From contig NC_068982.1 in NCBI RefSeq assembly GCF_001194135.2, positions 148,523,512 to 148,587,281 on the forward strand: DNA of 63,770 nucleotides, read 5' to 3'. This document shows positions 63,722-63,770 of the stretch, piece after piece. Position 1 is the first letter of the stretch; each line of letters begins with the position of its first letter. Made by a program: the position numbers and the translations under genes. A model generated the notes under the pieces. The model did not search any database, had not been told where the DNA came from, and saw only the letters and a list, made by a program, of their open reading frames with translations. The stretch comes from Octopus bimaculoides (lineage: Eukaryota).

Positions 63722-63770
63722 GAAGCAACAGTGTGACTCAGGAGCCAAAAGTTTTGTGTGTTTGATAAGA

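Overview
AT-rich, microsatellite-saturated eukaryotic DNA from a gapped draft assembly (large N-gaps at 11192-11823, 15448-15817 and 32765-32952). The repeat repertoire suggests an octopus/coleoid cephalopod (inference). No host protein-coding gene, RNA gene or CRISPR array can be called with confidence. Most ORFs in the track are microsatellite translations or antisense shadows of decayed LINEs. The window holds two tRNA-headed SINE families (called A and B here), many 3' ends of an RTE LINE, a cluster of R4/Dong-type LINE pieces in (TAA)n tracts, CR1 and L2-like RT remnants, a Penelope GIY-YIG remnant, mariner/hAT/piggyBac-like DNA-element remnants, and a Helentron/HINE-like element enclosing a Gypsy integrase fragment. 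The most notable signal is a set of short elements of unrelated sequence that sit in or beside (TA)n tracts, are mostly fold-back (inverted-repeat) structures, and carry type I hammerhead ribozyme motifs with a palindromic stem III (14067-14305, 25718-25901, 29924-30028, 39381-39568, 43256-43898). One has a 92-nt stem II. These are probably Penelope-like terminal fragments. All family names and alignments are by eye, and coordinates of diverged repeats are approximate.
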